DNA from: Bacteroidales bacterium
Lineage (GTDB): Bacteria > Bacteroidota > Bacteroidia > Bacteroidales > UBA1715
DNA length: 64,000 bases
Assembly: GCA_045615765.1 (NCBI GenBank)
Contig: JAZLFM010000013.1
Span: 29,043-93,042 of the forward strand
Direction of reading: 5' to 3'
Each line of letters starts with the position of its first letter. Positions within the stretch are counted from its first letter, which is position 1. The notes under the pieces are model-generated. The model did no database searches. It worked only from the letters and a program-made list of their open reading frames with translations, and was not told the origin of the DNA. This document shows positions 58,190 to 64,000 of the stretch, one piece after another. Both the position numbers and the translations under genes were made by a program.

Positions 58190-60565
58190 ATGAATCAGAT
58201 AAGCCGTAAAATTTCAATAATAATTTTTTCATTACTTCTTTCTTTGCAGATTTTTGGTCAAGGAAAGAAGCAGTATTATGAAGCCTATATTGCTTTAGGT
58301 GACACTTGTTATGCAAATGCGAATTATTATGGTGCTCATCAAGCGTACGAAAAGGCTTTGCAATATGTTGACAACCCTAATATAGCTTTCCGTTGTGCTG
58401 AAGCTTGTAGAGGATATCAGAATTATCCTGATGCTGAAAAGTATTATAAAATAGCAATTTCAAAAGATTCCATCACTTTCCGTTTAGCTAATTATTGGTA
58501 TGCGGAAATGTTGAAGTTGCAGGGCAAATATCCTGAAGCAAAAGAACAGTATGATATTCATTATAAGTTAAATAAAAATAAAACTGATTATTATACTAAA
58601 CGAGCAAAAGAAGAATCTACAGTTTTAGCGAAAAAGATTCAAAAAGTTGGTGAGTCTGTAGGGTTGGAAGTAAAACATATTGATGAAACTAACTTGAATT
58701 CAATGTATGCAGAATATGCACCTTGTCAGTATAACGATACGTTGTTCTTCTTTGCTGGTGTTCGTCCGTTGGATGCGAAGTTAGCCGATACGTCGTATAT
58801 TTATGCGAATTACCTAACTCGTGTAATGCAGGCAACTCGTCAAGGCGATTCTGTGTGGAAAGATGTAAAGGTTGTAAAAACGTTAATTGATAACAAGGCG
58901 CATGTTAACAATCTTTCGTTCACTCGTGATGGAAAGACAGCTTATTTCAGCAAATGTATTGGATATAATTGTGCGATTTATAAAGCAGATTTCGATCCTA
59001 AATTTGTGGATTTTACTAACATTACAAAATTGCCTGCGCCAATAAATATGGCTCAAACAAGCAATACAACGCCACAAATTGCATATACACCTAACGGGGA
59101 TTATTTGTTCTTCGCATCTAATCGAAAAGGTTCTAAAGGTGGATATGATATATGGTATGCTTCGATAGATTCTGCGGGGAATTTTGGTTCTGTACAAAAC
59201 TGTGGTAAGAATATAAATACTTTAGGTGACGAAGTGACTCCATTTTATGATTCACGTGACTCTTTATTGTATTTCAGTAGTGAATGGCATACAAGTTTAG
59301 GTGGTTTTGATATTTTTTCTTCAAAAGGCGATTTATCACATGGTCGTTGGACAGAAGCTGTAAATATTGGTTCTCCAATAAACTCGTCATACAACGATTT
59401 GTATTATGCTTATTCGCGTGACTCTTTGCGTGCTTATTGGTGCTCAAACCGTGAAGGTTCTTTAAAATTAATAGATAAAGCATACAGTAACGATATTTAT
59501 TCTCACTCATTGATTCGTCGTTCGATTGCTCGTATTACGGATTTGATACCTATCACATTGTATTTCGATAATGACTACCCAGATCCTCGTTCAAAAGATT
59601 CTGTAACAGATAAAATTTACGAAAATCTGTATAATGATTTCTTAGCAAAGAAAAATGAATATATAAAAGAATATACAAAATATTCTCCAGCAGAACGTTT
59701 GAAGTATGATACTCGTACGGTAGAAACATTCTTCGATGACTTACAGGAAGAATTTGAAAAACTTGCTTTGTTCGCTGAGTTGATGTCGGTAATTTTACAA
59801 GATGGACAAGATATTGTTGTTGCATTTAAAGGTTATGCGAGTCCTGTTGGTAATTTGGCATACAATGAAATTGTAGCAAAAAAACGTATCTCTTGTATTC
59901 AAAATTATTTTACGACATACAATCATGGGGTTCTTAATAAATATTTGAAGAACGAACCAAAATCAGGAAAAGGTAGTTTGAAATACATTTACGAGCCAAT
60001 TGGTGTTGTAAAAATGGAAAACACATTCTACACAAGTTCTGGTGCGCAAGTTAGTGCTATTTCGGACCGTCGTCAGAAATGGATGTCGGTGTATAGTCCT
60101 GCAGCAGCTTATCAACGTAAAATAGAAATTATAGCGGTTGATATAGAATACGAAAACGAGTTGTTTGAAGAAATCAAGCGCGAAATTACAACTCAAAAGA
60201 AAATGGTTGATGAAGTTGATGGAACATCTTTGTATAAGGAAGGTGAAGAACCAGAAACTGACGAACTGGAATTTGAAGAAAAACCACAAGGTAGTGGTTT
60301 CCAAATCCTTGATTCAGAAGAGAATGATGATCCAACTAAATTGAAACCAAAGCCAGCATCAGCTTCCCCAATTATTTTTATGGAAGTTGATGATGACGAG
60401 GAAGAGCAACCAGTTCAAACAATTCCAGCAAAGAAGACAGAACAGAAACCAACGCCTGCTGCAAAGCCAGCGCAAACTAATACTACGCAGAAATCTGCAA
60501 CAAAAAAACAGTCAGAAGAAGATCTAAAGAAATACGAAGGCGATGCTATTTTTAAAGCGAAATAG
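58190..60565 (+). CDS. TPR + PD40 (TolB-like beta-propeller) + OmpA-like domain protein with an acidic/Lys-Pro-rich tail
   Basis: N-terminal TPRs (YYEAYIALGDTCYANANYYGAHQAYEKALQY). PD40-like repeats (TPNGDYLFFASNRKGSKGGYDIWYA; SRDSLLYFSSEWHTSLGGFDIFSS). OmpA-like motif VVAFKGYASPVGNLAYNEIVAKKRISCIQNYF. The low-complexity C-terminus includes KPTPAAKPAQTNTTQKSATKK. It starts 4 nt after the PorP stop. Confidence 0.75.
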   Translation: MNQISRKISIIIFSLLLSLQIFGQGKKQYYEAYIALGDTCYANANYYGAHQAYEKALQYVDNPNIAFRCAEACRGYQNYPDAEKYYKIAISKDSITFRLANYWYAEMLKLQGKYPEAKEQYDIHYKLNKNKTDYYTKRAKEESTVLAKKIQKVGESVGLEVKHIDETNLNSMYAEYAPCQYNDTLFFFAGVRPLDAKLADTSYIYANYLTRVMQATRQGDSVWKDVKVVKTLIDNKAHVNNLSFTRDGKTAYFSKCIGYNCAIYKADFDPKFVDFTNITKLPAPINMAQTSNTTPQIAYTPNGDYLFFASNRKGSKGGYDIWYASIDSAGNFGSVQNCGKNINTLGDEVTPFYDSRDSLLYFSSEWHTSLGGFDIFSSKGDLSHGRWTEAVNIGSPINSSYNDLYYAYSRDSLRAYWCSNREGSLKLIDKAYSNDIYSHSLIRRSIARITDLIPITLYFDNDYPDPRSKDSVTDKIYENLYNDFLAKKNEYIKEYTKYSPAERLKYDTRTVETFFDDLQEEFEKLALFAELMSVILQDGQDIVVAFKGYASPVGNLAYNEIVAKKRISCIQNYFTTYNHGVLNKYLKNEPKSGKGSLKYIYEPIGVVKMENTFYTSSGAQVSAISDRRQKWMSVYSPAAAYQRKIEIIAVDIEYENELFEEIKREITTQKKMVDEVDGTSLYKEGEEPETDELEFEEKPQGSGFQILDSEENDDPTKLKPKPASASPIIFMEVDDDEEEQPVQTIPAKKTEQKPTPAAKPAQTNTTQKSATKKQSEEDLKKYEGDAIFKAK

Positions 60566-60567
60566 TT

Positions 60568-63500
60568 ATGAAACGCATTCTTTTCATAGTTTTTCTTTTG
60601 TTGGGATATTTGTCTTTTGGACAATATTCTAATAATTGGATTGACTTCTCACAAAAATACTATCGTATTCCTATAACATCCGAAGGGGTTTATAGAATAA
60701 CTTATGCCGATCTTGTAGCAAATGGTATTTCTGTTGGAGATTTTGACCATAGGAATCTTCAAATTATTCATAATGGTAAGGTTTTGCCATTATTTGTATC
60801 GGCACAGGCAGATGGTATTTTCCGTACAACAGATTACTTAGAATTTTATGCAGAAGGTGGAAATACAGGTTGGTTAGATTCTCGTGTCTATACAAATAGA
60901 CGTGCAATAAATGAAGAATACAGTTTGTACAATGATACAGCATCATATTTTTTAACTTTTGCAAATACTCTGGAAAGTCCGCGTTACGACACTACACGAG
61001 CAACAAATTATGGTAGTTATGTTCCTAGCCCATATTGGTTTCGAGTAGTTCGACAAAACTATCATTCTACATTTAATACAACCAATAATTCCCCATACAT
61101 ATTGCCGTCGGAAGGATGGACTGATGCCTATTTTGATATGGGTGCAAATACGCAGAAAACATTAGCAACTCCCAATTATGTATCGGTTGGATTACCGTCG
61201 AAAATCGCTTATGGTTTGGCTGGATATTCAGAAACGCAACACGATGTGATGGTAACGCTTAGTTCTGACGCTTCCATACGAATTGATACAACATATTTTG
61301 AATATGATGCTGTTCATGGTTCGTTTGAAACAAAACAACCATTGACAAATACTACTACTGTTACATTCCAAAGCATAGATGGTGATAAAACGGCAGATAA
61401 AAATGCTCTTTCCTATGTGGAAATAACATATCCGTCAAAGACAAGTTGTAGCAATCTTTCGATGTATTCATTTTACTTGCCGGTGATAGAAAGTGATGCG
61501 GAATACATTTTGTTAGATATAACAAATTGTAATGCTGGAACTCAGGCACCAATTGTTTACTGTCCGGATTTAGTATTACGCTTACTGACAACTAAGGTTG
61601 ATGATGTATATAAAGTTTTGGTTCCAAATACTGGCAAGACAGTTAAGTGTATAGTCTTATCGCAGAAGGCATATTCAAGAGTTTCGGAAATACGATCTAT
61701 ACAGACAAAGAATACAACAGAAAGTAAATTTGTTGATTTTTCATTAGAGGAGAATCAGGGAGACTATATAATTATTACTGAAAAATCGTTATGGAATCAG
61801 GCACGATTGTATAAGTTGTATAGAGAGCAGACTGGTAAAAAAGTTGTGTTAGTTGATGTGGAAGAGTTGTATAACGAATTTGCATATGGTGTTTGGAAAC
61901 ATCCTTATGCCATAACAGCTTTTTTGAATTATGCTCAAGCCACTTGGAAAACGAGGCCGGAAAATGTTTTTTTAATAGGAAGAGGATTCCATGTAAATGC
62001 CTTTAGAAATAATGAGACGTTGTATGCTCGAACATTAATTCCACCTATGGGTAATCCGGCTGGTGATTTATTGTATACTGTAGATCCAAGAAGAAATACT
62101 ATACAAACATCTATAGGAATAGGTCGTTTAGCAACGGAGTCTGAAGAAGATGTTGCTATTTATCGTAAAAAGGTTCGTGATTTTGAGAGTCAAGCACCAG
62201 CCCCATGGATGAAAAATGTGCTTCACTTTGGTGGTGGTTCAACATTGTACGAACAGTCGTTGTTTCGGTATTATTTGTCGCAATATGCTTCAATTTTGCA
62301 GAAAGAATATTTTGGTGCGAATGTTCATTCTTTTTTCAAAGAGAGTTCCGACGTATATGAAACAACAGAACCAGAGGCTATTCGTAAATACATGAATGAA
62401 GGTACTACATTGATGACATTCTTTGGACATGCATCCGGAAGTGGTTTTGATCAAAGTGTTGACCATCCTTCACAATTCGACAATCAAGGGAAGTACCCGT
62501 TGGTTTTGGCAAATTCATGTTATTCCGGTGATGTATTTGCCGATAACGATTATAATGTTAGTAGAATATGGGTTTTTGCCGAAAATAGAGGTGCTATAGG
62601 TTTCTTAGCAAATGTAGGAGCTGGTTCGCCTTCGTATTTGAATATATTTTCATCGTCTTTTGTACGTAATATTGCTTTTTCAAATTATGGAAAATCTATA
62701 GGTTCTAGTATAGCTAAAACGTTAAGCGATGTTTCAAATCGTTCGTTAATATATGAAGATTTGTATGATGGAATCATGGGATTTACATTGAACGGTGACC
62801 CTGCCGTTGCACTTCATTCATTCAATTTACCAGACTTGGCTTTGGATGAATCGTCTATTACAGTTTCTCCATCGCTTATTACAACTGATTTGGAACAATT
62901 TACCATTTCCGTTGCTGTTATGAATAATGGTAGAGGAATTAGTTCGAAATATGGAATGAAATTACTTCTAACATCCTCGGCGGGAGAACAATATGCAATA
63001 GATACAATAGTGACAGGTTCTTACTGTCGTGAAACTGTTGATTTTGTAATAGATATGAATCAAGTTTCCTCTGGAGATTATACTGTACAAGTAGAAGTTG
63101 ATTATGCAAATGAAATAGAAGAACTTTCAGAGGCAAATAATACGGCGTCGCATTCGTTTTTTATTAGTACTCGTGATGTTTCGCCAATTTATCCACCAAA
63201 TTTTGCAATAATTCCAACCGATACAATTACGTTGCAAATGTCTTCTGTAGATGCATTTAATCCTCCGTCGAAAGTACAGGTAGAGATTGATACTACTATG
63301 GAGTTCAATTCTTCATTGTTGCAAAGTACGATAGTTGCGTTAGAAGGAAAGGCCTTGGCAACATGGAAACCAGAAATGAAATTTACAGACGGCACTACTT
63401 ATTTTTGGCGTGTTACAACATTAGATTCTGTAAAATGGAACACTTCGTCATTTACATACGAAAAGGGAAAATCAGGTTGGGCTCAAATTCATAGAAAACA

Positions 63501-64000
63501 GTTTAGCGACAATAGCGTAACAAGATTGCAGTATAATGATACTACAAAGAAATACTCATTCCTGTCAATACCGCATGAATTCTTCCTACAAACACGAGGA
63601 AATTGTGCCACAGAAAAAGAATATTTTGAATGTTTATTTGTTGAAGATGCTACCTTGCGTGAAAATAGTGGTTTCCCATTGTCTTCACCGGCATTACATG
63701 TAATTGTTCTCGATTCCACATCGTTAGATATTTGGATGTCGAATAAAGCAAGTTATGGTCAGCGAAACTATCCATCTGCAAATGGACGTGTTCGCTATCA
63801 TTTAGCGTTTACTTCAAATAGTGTCGCATCGCAGAGAGCTTTGGCTAAGTTCTTACTAGACTCGGTTCCTTCTGGAGCACATATTATGTGTTATAGTTTC
63901 AAACAACCATTTTGCCAATCTTGGGATGTTTCTTTAAAGAATGCAATGGACTCATTAGGATTTAGTAAGTATAAAACTACGCCTGATGATTATCCATATA
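60568..64000 (+). CDS. Peptidase C25 (gingipain-like) family protein, probable T9SS sortase PorU; 3' end beyond the window
   Basis: It is not in the ORF track because there is no stop codon in the window. I translated it by hand from ATG 60568 (MKRILFIVFLLLGYLSFGQ signal) to the window end without meeting a stop. The putative catalytic dyad is TFFGHASGSG (His) and VLANSCYSGD (Cys). A CARDB-like segment ends in EELSEANNTASHSF. It starts 3 nt after the upstream stop. Confidence 0.7.
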   Translation, partial: MKRILFIVFLLLGYLSFGQYSNNWIDFSQKYYRIPITSEGVYRITYADLVANGISVGDFDHRNLQIIHNGKVLPLFVSAQADGIFRTTDYLEFYAEGGNTGWLDSRVYTNRRAINEEYSLYNDTASYFLTFANTLESPRYDTTRATNYGSYVPSPYWFRVVRQNYHSTFNTTNNSPYILPSEGWTDAYFDMGANTQKTLATPNYVSVGLPSKIAYGLAGYSETQHDVMVTLSSDASIRIDTTYFEYDAVHGSFETKQPLTNTTTVTFQSIDGDKTADKNALSYVEITYPSKTSCSNLSMYSFYLPVIESDAEYILLDITNCNAGTQAPIVYCPDLVLRLLTTKVDDVYKVLVPNTGKTVKCIVLSQKAYSRVSEIRSIQTKNTTESKFVDFSLEENQGDYIIITEKSLWNQARLYKLYREQTGKKVVLVDVEELYNEFAYGVWKHPYAITAFLNYAQATWKTRPENVFLIGRGFHVNAFRNNETLYARTLIPPMGNPAGDLLYTVDPRRNTIQTSIGIGRLATESEEDVAIYRKKVRDFESQAPAPWMKNVLHFGGGSTLYEQSLFRYYLSQYASILQKEYFGANVHSFFKESSDVYETTEPEAIRKYMNEGTTLMTFFGHASGSGFDQSVDHPSQFDNQGKYPLVLANSCYSGDVFADNDYNVSRIWVFAENRGAIGFLANVGAGSPSYLNIFSSSFVRNIAFSNYGKSIGSSIAKTLSDVSNRSLIYEDLYDGIMGFTLNGDPAVALHSFNLPDLALDESSITVSPSLITTDLEQFTISVAVMNNGRGISSKYGMKLLLTSSAGEQYAIDTIVTGSYCRETVDFVIDMNQVSSGDYTVQVEVDYANEIEELSEANNTASHSFFISTRDVSPIYPPNFAIIPTDTITLQMSSVDAFNPPSKVQVEIDTTMEFNSSLLQSTIVALEGKALATWKPEMKFTDGTTYFWRVTTLDSVKWNTSSFTYEKGKSGWAQIHRKQFSDNSVTRLQYNDTTKKYSFLSIPHEFFLQTRGNCATEKEYFECLFVEDATLRENSGFPLSSPALHVIVLDSTSLDIWMSNKASYGQRNYPSANGRVRYHLAFTSNSVASQRALAKFLLDSVPSGAHIMCYSFKQPFCQSWDVSLKNAMDSLGFSKYKTTPDDYPY

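Noticed and set aside
1-64000. Search for mobile-element, defence-system or DGR/retron components that might explain the giant variable genes
   Set aside because: Among all ORFs of at least 60 aa I recognised no transposase, integrase, reverse transcriptase, Cas, restriction-modification or toxin-antitoxin motifs. The only repeat-like candidates are the hairpin pairs and the 14.5-kb palindrome reported above.

Overview
AT-rich chromosomal window of Bacteroidota type. The lineage call rests on exact TAnnTTTG -7 boxes upstream of many genes, no Shine-Dalgarno signals, and many type IX secretion (T9SS) hallmarks. I can support 28 protein genes and one tRNA-Arg(CCG). Two genes are truncated by the window edges: priA at the left and a C25/PorU-like peptidase at the right. 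Housekeeping genes are priA, lptB, tex, thiL, asnS, metG, a YgiQ radical-SAM gene, Nudix, a cell-wall amidase, an LD-carboxypeptidase and a DUF2723 membrane protein. They are interleaved with three giant T9SS cargo genes that fill about 30 kb (about 47%) of the window. (i) 2645..12460 is an Ig-domain-rich protein with a type A sorting domain. (ii) 23072..29506 is a SprB-repeat protein with a type B sorting domain, translationally coupled to a PorP/SprF gene. (iii) 40348..53970 encodes 4540 aa: a discoidin-like domain, five Cys-knuckle/GLUG modules, 21 Listeria-Bacteroides repeats, SprB-like repeats and a type A sorting domain. A second PorP/SprF gene heads a tight operon with a TPR/PD40/OmpA-like gene and the C25 peptidase. 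I saw no transposase, integrase, CRISPR array, rRNA or recognisable phage-defence genes. The observations most worth a second look are these. (1) About 146 aa resembling two ribosomal bL12 C-terminal domains is nested inside one adhesin repeat. (2) A ~470-bp GC-richer imperfect palindrome with perfect terminal hairpins lies between convergent genes. (3) Each of the two type-A giant genes is bracketed by its own pair of near-identical hairpin sequences. (4) GC3 and codon usage jump sharply inside the 4540-aa ORF. (5) A two-repeat unit in that ORF was duplicated recently (441-bp offset, ~97% identity). All domain calls come from motif recognition by eye; no searches or structure predictions were run.
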